64,000 nt of DNA from Solirubrobacterales bacterium (GTDB lineage: Bacteria > Actinomycetota > Thermoleophilia > Solirubrobacterales > 70-9). Location of the stretch: positions 401-64,400 of the forward strand of contig DASSFS010000040.1 in the NCBI GenBank assembly GCA_035694165.1, written 5' to 3'. The notes below the pieces were generated by a model that saw only the letters and a list, made by a program, of their open reading frames with translations, searched no databases and had not been told where the DNA came from. The position numbers and the translations under genes are program-made. Below, one piece after another: positions 53,939-62,520 of the stretch (positions are counted from its first letter, which is position 1; each line of letters opens with the position of its first letter).

Positions 53939-54748
53939 TCAGACAGCTGTGGAGTCAGGGTCCTTGTCGCCCGCGGTGCTGGTCGTCAGGTTGGCCGCGG
54001 CGCCCCCACTGAGGACGCGGCGGACGAGACTCGGGGCGACGATGCGCGCGATCGCCGCCAACGCGTAGGGGCGGGGGACGTAGCGCTCGGCCTTGCCGCC
54101 GGGGCCGGCCTCGTAGATCGCCTCGGCGACCTTCTCTGGCTTGGAGACGATCCAGCGGGTGAGCGCTTTCTCGCGCAGCTCGGTGGCCGGGAAGCCCTCG
54201 GTGGCGATGAAGCCCGGCAGGACCATGCCGACGTGGACCCGGTGCGGAAGCTCCTCGGCGTAGAGGGAGTCGGTCCAGCCAATCAGGGCGAACTTGCTGG
54301 CCGAGTAGGCGCCGGTACGGGCCCGCGAGACGCGCCCGGCGGTGCTGGCGACGTTGACGATTGCGCTCGGGGCTGAGGCCCGCAGCAGCGGCAAAAGCGC
54401 CTCGGTAAGGCGAACGACAGCATCGAAGTTGAGCTCCATGTGGCGCTGGACATTGGCGTAGCCACTCTCGGCGAAGCCGCCGCGCCAGGAGCCCCCGGCG
54501 TTGTTGACGAGCAGGTCGAGGCCGTCGTGGTTGGCTTCGAGGTGGGCGCGGACGTGCTCGGGTGCGCTCTCGTCGGTCAGGTCGACCGTGACATGGGAGG
54601 TCTTGCAGGGCAATGAGGCCGCGAGGTCACGCAACAGCTCCTCGCGGCGGGCGACCAGGACCAGCTCCATCCCAGGCTCACGCGAGAGCCGGATCGCCGT
54701 CGCCTTGCCGATCCCCGTCGATGCCCCGGTCACCACCGCCACGCTCAT
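53939..54748 (-). CDS. SDR-family oxidoreductase
   Basis: Internal ATG (codon 82 of the track ORF): MSVAVVTGASTGIGKA..., NNAG, YSASKFA. Confidence 0.85.
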   Translation of the reverse strand: MSVAVVTGASTGIGKATAIRLSREPGMELVLVARREELLRDLAASLPCKTSHVTVDLTDESAPEHVRAHLEANHDGLDLLVNNAGGSWRGGFAESGYANVQRHMELNFDAVVRLTEALLPLLRASAPSAIVNVASTAGRVSRARTGAYSASKFALIGWTDSLYAEELPHRVHVGMVLPGFIATEGFPATELREKALTRWIVSKPEKVAEAIYEAGPGGKAERYVPRPYALAAIARIVAPSLVRRVLSGGAAANLTTSTAGDKDPDSTAV

Positions 54749-54782
54749 TGCCGCAACCGTATTCGACCGCGCCCCGGCCGAC

Positions 54783-54826
54783 GTGTCTGAGCTTAGGGCC
54801 CCTATAGGCCCCCTTAGCTCAGACAC
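54783..54826. promoter_or_regulatory. 44-nt imperfect palindrome in the divergent SDR / ltrA-like intergenic region
   Basis: GTGTCTGAGCT (54783-54793) is the perfect reverse complement of AGCTCAGACAC (54816-54826). The inner part (TAGGGCCCCTATAGGCCCCCTT) is itself partly self-complementary. Confidence 0.4.
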
Positions 54827-54853
54827 CCCCCGGCGAGTTGCAAGGATGAGGCC

Positions 54854-56032
54854 GTGTCGACGATGTCCTCTCGCACGCCACGCATAACCGCCACCCTGCG
54901 CGAAGGCGAGCGGGTGACGCCGCTGGAGCTCTTCTTCGACCTCGTCTTCGTGCTGGCGATCACCCAGTGCACGGCGCTGATCGCCGCCCACCCGACCTGG
55001 GACGGCCTATTGCAGGGACTGCTGGTGCTCGGCGTGCTCTGGTGGGCCTGGGTCGGCTACGCCTGGCTGACCAGCGTCATCGACCCCGAGGACGGACCAG
55101 TGCGGCTGGTGATCTTCGTCGCGATGGCGGCGCTGCTGATCGTCTCCCTCTGCGTTCCCGAAGCGTTCGGCGACCTGGCCCTCACCTTCGCCCTCGCCTA
55201 TGGCGTCTTCCGCGTCTCCCACATCGCCCTCTTCATGCTGGCCAGCCCCGAGGACGACGCGCTGCGCCACTCCGTCCTCGGCCTCGCCGTCAGCACCGCG
55301 ATCGCCATCAGCCTGCTCGTCATCGCCTCGATGTTCGACGGCGTCGCCCAGGGTGCGCTCTGGGCGCTGGCCCTCTTTCTCGACATGGGCGGCCCCTACG
55401 TCTTCGGCTCCGAGGGCTGGCGACTCGTCCCGCACCATTTCGCCGAGCGCCACGGCCTGATCGTGATCATCGCCCTCGGCGAGTCGATCGTCGCGATCGG
55501 GGTCGGCGCCGCCGGCGCACTCGATCTCGGCATCGGCACGGCTGCCGTGCTCGGCGTCGGCCTCGCCGCGGCGCTGTGGTGGACCTATTTCGACGTCGTC
55601 GCCCTGATCTCGGCCCGGCGGCTAGGGGAAGCCGAAGTGGGCAAGGAGCAGAACGAGCTCGCACGCGATTCCTACTCCTACATGCACCTGGCGCTGGTCG
55701 CCGGGATCGTCCTCACCGCCTTCGGGCTGAAGACGACGATCGGCCACAGCGGCGACCACCTTCACGCCGAGCCGGCCTTCGCCCTCTTCGGCGGCGTCGC
55801 CCTCTACCTGCTCGGACTGGTCGCCTTTCGCTACCGCCATGTCCACACCATCAACCGCTATCGCCTCGGCCTCGCGCTGGTCCTCTTGATCCTGATCCCG
55901 GTGGCGACTGTGGTGCCCGCGCTGGTTAGCCTGGCCCTGGTCGACGTCCTGATCTGGGGAATGATTGCCTTTCAGCAGACCCAGTACGACGAGCGGCGCG
56001 ACCAGATCCGCCACGAAGCCGCGGTTTCCTGA
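54854..56032 (+). CDS. LtrA (low-temperature-requirement A) family membrane protein
   Basis: 392 aa. RVTPLELFFDLVFVLAITQ is the family-typical N-terminus. About 10 TM helices. Confidence 0.8.
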   Translation: MSTMSSRTPRITATLREGERVTPLELFFDLVFVLAITQCTALIAAHPTWDGLLQGLLVLGVLWWAWVGYAWLTSVIDPEDGPVRLVIFVAMAALLIVSLCVPEAFGDLALTFALAYGVFRVSHIALFMLASPEDDALRHSVLGLAVSTAIAISLLVIASMFDGVAQGALWALALFLDMGGPYVFGSEGWRLVPHHFAERHGLIVIIALGESIVAIGVGAAGALDLGIGTAAVLGVGLAAALWWTYFDVVALISARRLGEAEVGKEQNELARDSYSYMHLALVAGIVLTAFGLKTTIGHSGDHLHAEPAFALFGGVALYLLGLVAFRYRHVHTINRYRLGLALVLLILIPVATVVPALVSLALVDVLIWGMIAFQQTQYDERRDQIRHEAAVS

Positions 56033-56084
56033 CTCGGCCGGACGAAAAAGCGGACATCTGTTCGACTCGACATACTGCGGAACC

Positions 56085-57134
56085 TTGACCGAGACACCTC
56101 GACTGCTCGACAACCTTCTTCGCGCCGGCGCGCCCTCCGGATACGAGGGCCCGGCCGCCGCGGTCTGGCGTGAGGCCGCGTCGTTTGCCGAGCTCAGCAG
56201 CGACGGCCTCGGCTCCTCGATCGCCCGAGTCGGCGACGCGGCGCCGCTGCTGGCGGTGGTCGGCCACATCGACGAGATCGGGCTGATCATCACCCACATC
56301 GACGAGAAGGGCTTCCTCTGGTTCGCCCCGATCGGCGGCTGGGATCCCCAGATCCTGGTCGGGCAGCGGGTGGAGATCCGGGGCAAGAACGGTCCGGTGC
56401 TCGGCGTCGCCGGGCGCAAGCCGATCCACCTGCTCGAGGCCGACCAGCGCAAAAAGGTGGTCGAGCTGAAAGGGATGCACATCGACATCGGCGCCGGCGA
56501 CCGCGACGAGGCCGCGGAGCTGATCCGGGTCGGCGACCCGGTCGTGATCGCCGCCGAGCCGATGTCCGTCGTCGGCGATCGCCTCGTCTCCCGGGCGATG
56601 GACAATCGCCTCGGCGCCTATGTCGCCCTCGAGAGCCTGCGCCGCGCCCACGAGGGCGGCGACCTCAAGGGATCCTTCGCCGCCGTCGCCGCCGTCCAAG
56701 AGGAGATCGGGCTGTTCGGCGCCCGCACTGCCGCCTTCGAGGTCCGTCCCGACATCGCCGTCGCAGTCGACGTCACCCACGCGACCGATGCCCCTGGCGT
56801 TGATGAGAAAGAACTCGGCAGCAGCCCGCTCGGCTCCGGCCCGGTGATCGGCCGCGGCTCCACCCTCTCTCCCAAGGTCTTCGAGTTGCTGGTCGAGACG
56901 GCCGAAGCGGAGGGCATCGAGCACTCGATCAGCGCCAGCGGCCGCGGCACCAGCACCGACGCCGACGTACTGCAGATCTCCCGCGCCGGGATTCCGACCG
57001 GCGTCGTCTCGATCCCACTCCGCTACATGCACTCGCCGGTCGAGATGGTCGACCTCCGCGACGTCGAGGCCACGGTCGAACTGCTGGCGGCGTTCGCCTC
57101 GCGGCTGACGCCAGATATCGACCTTTCGCGCTGA
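56085..57134 (+). CDS. M42-family metalloaminopeptidase (FrvX/CelM/glutamyl-aminopeptidase-like)
   Basis: VVGHIDEIGLIITHIDEKGFLWFAPIGGWDPQILVGQRVEI..., DNRLG, QEEIGLFGA. The TTG start at 56085 is chosen to avoid the overlap with ltrA, so the start is uncertain. Confidence 0.85.
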   Translation: MTETPRLLDNLLRAGAPSGYEGPAAAVWREAASFAELSSDGLGSSIARVGDAAPLLAVVGHIDEIGLIITHIDEKGFLWFAPIGGWDPQILVGQRVEIRGKNGPVLGVAGRKPIHLLEADQRKKVVELKGMHIDIGAGDRDEAAELIRVGDPVVIAAEPMSVVGDRLVSRAMDNRLGAYVALESLRRAHEGGDLKGSFAAVAAVQEEIGLFGARTAAFEVRPDIAVAVDVTHATDAPGVDEKELGSSPLGSGPVIGRGSTLSPKVFELLVETAEAEGIEHSISASGRGTSTDADVLQISRAGIPTGVVSIPLRYMHSPVEMVDLRDVEATVELLAAFASRLTPDIDLSR

Positions 57135-57140
57135 CCTGAC

Positions 57141-58232
57141 TCAGCTGTCGACGAAGACGGTGTCGCGGCCACTGGCCTTAGCCGCGTAGAGAGCTGCGTC
57201 GGCGCGCGAGATCAGGTCGTCGGTGTCGACCAGATCCGGCTCGGAGACGGCGACGCCGATGCTGATCGTCACCTGGACTCCTACGGGCCGACGCTCGTGC
57301 ACCGCGCGGCGCAGTCGTTCGGCGATCTCGAGCGCATCCTCGCGGCCGGCGCCGGGAAGGATCACGAGGAGCTCCTCGCCGCCAACCCTGTAGATCGTGT
57401 CGCCCGCCTGCAGCGCCGCCCGCATCGTGTAGGCGACGTCCTGCAGAACCGCGTCGCCGGCGGCGTGGCCGAGCCGGTCGTTGACGCGCTTGAAGTGATC
57501 GAGGTCGCAGAGCAGCAGCGCGTGCGAGAGACCCTCCTCGAGATTGCAGGGCTGGCCGTTGAGCTCCCCCAGCCGCTGCTCCAGGGCGTTGCGGTTGAAG
57601 AGACCCGTGAGTGGATCGAGGGTGGAGCGGCGACGGTGGGCGAGGTCGGACTCGACCAGGGCTCCGGAGAGGATCACCGTGCTGAGAATCATCGCCGCCG
57701 CTGCGATCAGGGTCTGGCGATGCTCGAAAGCGGCGCTGGGATCGGGGATCACGGCGCAGGCGAGGAAGAGCAGAAAGATGTAGGCGGTCCCAAGCACCAT
57801 CCCTCGCGGCTCGAAGCGAAATCCAAGGGTCACCGCTGGCAGCGCGAACCAGACCAGGACCGGGCTGGTGGCACCGCCGGTCAGCAGCACCGCGCTGGCG
57901 AGCAGGGCGGGCAGTGCCGCCCAGGCCCCGGCCACCCAGATCGCCGGGTGGTCGCTGGCGCGCATGAAGCGATCGGCGACGGCGAAGCCGGCGAGGCCCG
58001 CCGCCAGTGGTGCTACCCACCACCAGCCGACGTCCGAGGAGCCGCCAAGGGCGATCGAGAGGGCGAGGATCGCGAAGCAGGCGGTGCGGTAGCGCCGCAC
58101 CCGCGTCTCCATGTCGAGCAGACGCTCGCGCCGCGCCTCTTCGTGGATCGAAACCAGGGTCTCGGCCGCAGGGCGGCGAGGCGGCCGCACCCGCTCGGGC
58201 CGCCAATTGAGGGTTTGTGCCGGAGAGCTCAC
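57141..58232 (-). CDS. Membrane-bound diguanylate cyclase (GGDEF domain, GGEEL active-site variant)
   Basis: 363 aa. About 6 TM helices, then DPLTGLFNR...LLLCDLDHFKRVND..GH.AGD...RVGGEELLVIL. Confidence 0.85.
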   Translation of the reverse strand: MSSPAQTLNWRPERVRPPRRPAAETLVSIHEEARRERLLDMETRVRRYRTACFAILALSIALGGSSDVGWWWVAPLAAGLAGFAVADRFMRASDHPAIWVAGAWAALPALLASAVLLTGGATSPVLVWFALPAVTLGFRFEPRGMVLGTAYIFLLFLACAVIPDPSAAFEHRQTLIAAAAMILSTVILSGALVESDLAHRRRSTLDPLTGLFNRNALEQRLGELNGQPCNLEEGLSHALLLCDLDHFKRVNDRLGHAAGDAVLQDVAYTMRAALQAGDTIYRVGGEELLVILPGAGREDALEIAERLRRAVHERRPVGVQVTISIGVAVSEPDLVDTDDLISRADAALYAAKASGRDTVFVDS

Positions 58233-58306
58233 CCCTGCCCATCGGCGCCACCAGCACCGCGGCTTAAGAACTGCACGACGCTACTCAGTGTTTCCGATCC
58301 GATTCG

Positions 58307-59365
58307 TCAGTTGACGAGCTGGAGGTCCTTCGGGAGGCCGCTGAGATTGCGGTGGCCGTCCTCGGTGACGACGACCAGATCCTCGATCCTCACGCCGAAC
58401 TCGCCCGGCACGTAGACGCCAGGCTCGACGGTGACGACTTCGCCGGGCGCGAGCACGTCGTCGGAGCGCTGCGAGAGCCGCGGCCCCTCGTGCACCTCGA
58501 GCCCGACCCCGTGGCCGAGCGCGTGGCCGAAGCGTTCGCCGTGGCCAGCGTCCTCGATGACCTTGCGGGCAACTGTGTCGATCGCCTCGCCGTTGGCACC
58601 GGGAGCGATCGCATCGAGCGCCGCCTGCTGTGCCTCGCGCACGACCTCGTAGACGGCGCGGGCATTCTCCCCCGGGTCGCCGGTGGAGTAGGTGCGGGTT
58701 CCGTCGGAGCAGTAGCCATCGAGCTTTGCGCCCATGTCGAAGACGACCAGCTCGCCGCGGCCAATCTCACGCTCGCCGGGCTCGGCGTGCGGCAGGGCAC
58801 CGTTGGGACCGGCGGCGACGATTGCCGGGAACGAGGGATCGGCACCGAGCTCGCGGATCCGCGCTTCGGCGGCGCGAGCGACGTCGCGCTCGCGGCGTCC
58901 AGCAAGTCCCTGTTCGAGGCTCCAGCCCCAGACCTCGTCGGCCAGCTCGGAGGCGGCCGCGATCGCCCGCAGCTCCTCCTCGTCCTTGACCCGGCGCAGG
59001 CGCTCGACCGTGCCGCCCGCGGCAACCAGCTCGATCCCCTCCGCCAGTTTCTCTTTCAGTTTCTCCAGGCTGCGGACCGGCATCTTGTCGTCTTCGAAGC
59101 CGACCTTGCCAGCGAGATGCTTGGCGATGCCGCCCAGCCAGTCGTTGCTAAGGGTGATCGCTTCCCAGCCGCTCACTTCACTCGCGGCGCGCTCGGTGTA
59201 GCGAAAGTCAGTGAAGAAGCGGCGAATTCCCGGCCCGCATACGCAGGCTCCGTTCGAGCCGGTGAAGCCGGTCAGGTAGCGGACGCTCGTCAGGTCGGTG
59301 ACCAGCATCCGGTCCAGCTCGCGCTCGGCCAGCAGCTTCTCCAGGCGGTCGCCGCGGCCGCGCAT
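58307..59365 (-). CDS. M24-family Xaa-Pro aminopeptidase/dipeptidase (PepQ/PepP-like)
   Basis: Internal ATG (codon 40 of the track ORF), one-nt overlap with the aroQ stop. DMGAKLDGYCSD, HALGHGVGLEVHE, VVTVEPG, RIED. Confidence 0.9.
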   Translation of the reverse strand: MRGRGDRLEKLLAERELDRMLVTDLTSVRYLTGFTGSNGACVCGPGIRRFFTDFRYTERAASEVSGWEAITLSNDWLGGIAKHLAGKVGFEDDKMPVRSLEKLKEKLAEGIELVAAGGTVERLRRVKDEEELRAIAAASELADEVWGWSLEQGLAGRRERDVARAAEARIRELGADPSFPAIVAAGPNGALPHAEPGEREIGRGELVVFDMGAKLDGYCSDGTRTYSTGDPGENARAVYEVVREAQQAALDAIAPGANGEAIDTVARKVIEDAGHGERFGHALGHGVGLEVHEGPRLSQRSDDVLAPGEVVTVEPGVYVPGEFGVRIEDLVVVTEDGHRNLSGLPKDLQLVN

Positions 59366-59820
59366 CAGGCGCTGGCGCCGAGCTCGCGGGCGAGCAGCTC
59401 CAGTGCCTCGCGATAGCCGTCCGGGCCCTTGCCGGAGATCTTCGCCAGCACCAGCCCGTCGAAGACCGACAGGCGCCGCCACTCGTCGCGGTTCTCGACA
59501 TCGGAGAGGTGGACCTCGATCGCCGGTAGCCGGGCGACGTCGAGCGCGTCGGCGATCGCGCGGCTGTAGTGGCTCCAGGCACCGGCGTTGACGATCGAGG
59601 AGTCGGCGAGGTCCGGCAGCCGGTGCAGGTACTCGACGAACTCACCCTCGTGATTGGTCTGGAAGAAGATCGCTTCCAGGCCGAGCTCGCGGGACCAACC
59701 GCCGATCCTCTGCTCGAGCTGGGCCAGCGAGAGCCCGCCGTAGACCTCTGGATCGCGGCGGTCGAGGATGTCGAAGTTGACCCCGTGCAGAACGGCGACG
59801 CGGTTGCGGGTGGTGGTCAT
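59365..59820 (-). CDS. aroQ: Type II 3-dehydroquinate dehydratase
   Basis: 151 aa. LHGVNFDILDRRDPEVYG...FQTNHEGE...NAGAWSHYS...EVHLSDV. Confidence 0.95.
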   Translation of the reverse strand: MTTTRNRVAVLHGVNFDILDRRDPEVYGGLSLAQLEQRIGGWSRELGLEAIFFQTNHEGEFVEYLHRLPDLADSSIVNAGAWSHYSRAIADALDVARLPAIEVHLSDVENRDEWRRLSVFDGLVLAKISGKGPDGYREALELLARELGASA

Positions 59821-61346
59821 CTGTAGAGCTCCGACACGGCTGCCTCGACCCTAGCGCGGTCGACCAGCTGTCCTACCCGAGGCTCACCTGGCTCGGAGAG
59901 AAGGACGAAGCCGACACCGGCGGCGGTCCGCTTCTTGTCGCGCTGGAGGGCGTCGAGCACCGCCTCGATCGAGATCTCCGGGTCGAGGCGAACCGGCAGC
60001 TGATGCTGGTTGAGCGAGCGCTCGACCTCGGTCCGCAGCTCCTCGGCTTCGGAGAGGCGCAGCGTCGCGAGCAGGCCGAGCCCGATCGCCTCGCCGTGGC
60101 GGAAGCGCCTGTATTCCGTCGCCGCCTCGATCGCGTGGCCGACGGTGTGGCCGAGGTTGAGCATGTGGCGGAGGCCGCCGTCGCGCTCGTCGGCGGCGAC
60201 GACCTCGCACTTGAAGCGGGCGCAGGCGAAAACGACGTCGTCGAGCTCGGCCGCGTCGAGGTCCTCGATGATCCGCACCCGCTCCCAGAGCGAACCGCCG
60301 GCCAGCAGCCCGGTCTTCAGCACCTCGACGAAACCGGCGGCAAGCTCCTCGCGCGGGAGCGTCTCCAGCGTCGCCGTGTCGGCGATCACCGCGGCTGGGA
60401 GCTGGTAGGCCCCGGCGTAGTTCTTGCCCTCCGGCAGGTCGACGCCGGTCTTGCCGCCGTAAGCGGAATCGACCTGGGCGACGAGCGTGGTCGGCACCTG
60501 CACGACCGGCACCCCGCGCTGGTAGAGGTGAGCGCAGAGACCGGCGAGATCGCCGACGACGCCGCCGCCGAGCGCGGCGACGTGGTCTTCGCGGGTGAGG
60601 TCCGCCCGCGCCATCTCTCGCAGCACGTCCTCCGCCACTGACATCGTCTTCGAGCTCTCGCCCGGGACGATCTCGGCACTGCCGGCGAGCTCACCGATGC
60701 GGGCGCCATAGGTCGCGCCAACGCTGGAGTCGGAAATCAAGAAACGCCGGCCCTCCAGCGGCCACCAGCCAGCTTCGAGCAGACCTTGTCCCACCAGCAC
60801 CGGGTACTCGCCAGACGCGCTGGCAGCCCAGAGCAGCCTGCTTCCCGACGGCAGCTCGGCCAGGGCGAGGACGGCCGGCAGGGCCCGCGCGACGATTCCC
60901 CTGTCGCCCACCGGCACGATCGCGTCGGCCAGCTCCTCGTAGAGCGGTTCGCGCGTCGCCAGCAGCTGCTCGACGTCCTCGGCGCTAGTCGCCAGCGGGC
61001 GGTCGCTGCGGGCGATCCGGCGCCAGGCCTCCCGGGCGTCGACCTGCAGCCAGACGACGATATGGCGGCCGAGTGCGGCCCGGACCCGCTCGCTGAGCAC
61101 GCTGCCGCCGCCGAGCGCAATCGCGCCACCGTCGACGCCCTCGAGCAGCGAGCCGACAACCTCGGCCTCGCGCTCACGGAAGCCCTCCTCACCGTGGCGC
61201 TCGAAAGCCTCCTTGATCGGCATCTCGAGCGCGAGCTCCATCAGGTCGTCGATCTCGGTCGTCTCCAGACCGGCCTCGCGCGCGGCCGCGAGCGCGGTGC
61301 TCTTGCCCGCCCCCATGAACCCGATGAAGACCAATGCCGGTCTCAC
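59817..61346 (-). CDS. aroK/aroB: Bifunctional shikimate kinase / 3-dehydroquinate synthase (AroK-AroB fusion)
   Basis: One continuous ORF. The N-terminal part (VFIGFMGAGKST, Walker A) is shikimate kinase. The C-terminal ~345 aa carry the DHQS motifs GGGVVGDLAG..., YGGKTGV, LNLGHTVGHAIE. GTG start chosen 4 nt after the aroC stop. Confidence 0.9.
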   Translation of the reverse strand: MRPALVFIGFMGAGKSTALAAAREAGLETTEIDDLMELALEMPIKEAFERHGEEGFREREAEVVGSLLEGVDGGAIALGGGSVLSERVRAALGRHIVVWLQVDAREAWRRIARSDRPLATSAEDVEQLLATREPLYEELADAIVPVGDRGIVARALPAVLALAELPSGSRLLWAASASGEYPVLVGQGLLEAGWWPLEGRRFLISDSSVGATYGARIGELAGSAEIVPGESSKTMSVAEDVLREMARADLTREDHVAALGGGVVGDLAGLCAHLYQRGVPVVQVPTTLVAQVDSAYGGKTGVDLPEGKNYAGAYQLPAAVIADTATLETLPREELAAGFVEVLKTGLLAGGSLWERVRIIEDLDAAELDDVVFACARFKCEVVAADERDGGLRHMLNLGHTVGHAIEAATEYRRFRHGEAIGLGLLATLRLSEAEELRTEVERSLNQHQLPVRLDPEISIEAVLDALQRDKKRTAAGVGFVLLSEPGEPRVGQLVDRARVEAAVSELYR

Positions 61347-61350
61347 CGGC

Positions 61351-62520
61351 TCAGCCCCTGAAGTCGATGCGCTGCTTGTAGGCAGCGACGGCGGCGAGGA
61401 CGTCGTCGATGTGGTCGCCACCGAACTTCTCGCGGTAGCAGCGGGCCAGGGTCAGCGCCACCATCGCCTCGGCGACGACGGCGGCGGCGGGGACGACGGT
61501 GGAGTCGGTGCGCTCGCGCAGCGCCTGCGCCGGCTGCTTGGTCTCGGTGTCGACCGAGCGCAGCGGCTTGGTCAGGGTCGAGATCGGCTTGATCGCGGCC
61601 CGCACCGAGAGCGGCTGGCCATTGGTCATCCCGCCCTCGAGGCCGCCGGCGTGGTTGGTTTCGCGGAAGTAGCCGTCCTTCTCGGACCAGAAGATCTCAT
61701 CGTGGGCCTCGGAGCCGGGGCGCCCGGCGACGTCCCAGGCCTCGCCGATCGAGACCCCCTTGACGGACTGGATCGAGGCGACGGCGCCGGCCAGGCGTCC
61801 GTCGAGGCGGTCTTCCCAGGAGATGTGGGAGCCGAGTCCGGGGACGAGGCCGAAGACGCGCACCTCGAAGGTGCCGCCGAGACTCTCGTTGGCCTTGCGC
61901 AGGCGGTTGATCTCCCCGACCATCGCCTTGCTTGCCTCGGGGTCGAGGCAGCGCACCGGGTCGTCGTCGATGGCGGCGAAGTCGGCTGGCGTCAGGTCCT
62001 CGCGCTCGCTGGCTTTGACCGAGGCGATCTGGGTGACGTGGCTGTGGACGCTCACTCCCAGCGCGGTGAGGAAGCCGCGGGCGATCGTGCCGGCAGCGAC
62101 GCGGGCGGCGGTCTCGCGGGCGCTGGCGCGCTCGAGCACGTTGCGGATGTCGGTGTGGCCGTACTTCTGGGCGCCGACCAGGTCAGCGTGGCCCGGGCGC
62201 GGCAGGTGCACCTCTTCGGGCTCGAACCCCTCGACCGGCCAGGGGTTCATCCGCTCCTCCCAGTTGGCGTAGTCGCGGTTGGCGACGAGCACGGCGATCG
62301 GGCTGCCGAGCGTGCGACCGTGGCGCACCCCGGAGCGGATCTCGGCGGTGTCGGTCTCGATCCGCATGCGCCCGCCGCGGCCGTGGCCGAGCTGGCGCCG
62401 CGCCATGTCGCTGTCAAGCGCCTCGCGGTCGAGTTCGAGCCCGGCCGGCATGCCCTCGACGATCGCCACGAGCCCCGGCCCGTGCGACTCCCCCGCGGTG
62501 GTGAAACGGAACGTCGTCAT
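61351..62520 (-). CDS. aroC: Chorismate synthase
   Basis: 389 aa. FRFTTAGESHGPGLVAIVEGMPAG...GRSSARETA-like SARETAARVAAG... Confidence 0.97.
   Translation of the reverse strand: MTTFRFTTAGESHGPGLVAIVEGMPAGLELDREALDSDMARRQLGHGRGGRMRIETDTAEIRSGVRHGRTLGSPIAVLVANRDYANWEERMNPWPVEGFEPEEVHLPRPGHADLVGAQKYGHTDIRNVLERASARETAARVAAGTIARGFLTALGVSVHSHVTQIASVKASEREDLTPADFAAIDDDPVRCLDPEASKAMVGEINRLRKANESLGGTFEVRVFGLVPGLGSHISWEDRLDGRLAGAVASIQSVKGVSIGEAWDVAGRPGSEAHDEIFWSEKDGYFRETNHAGGLEGGMTNGQPLSVRAAIKPISTLTKPLRSVDTETKQPAQALRERTDSTVVPAAAVVAEAMVALTLARCYREKFGGDHIDDVLAAVAAYKQRIDFRG

Noticed and set aside
55622-57032. Two overlapping minus-strand ORFs of 327 and 368 aa
   Set aside because: They are antisense to the LtrA-family and M42 peptidase genes, which carry clear family motifs. 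No motifs are present in these translations.
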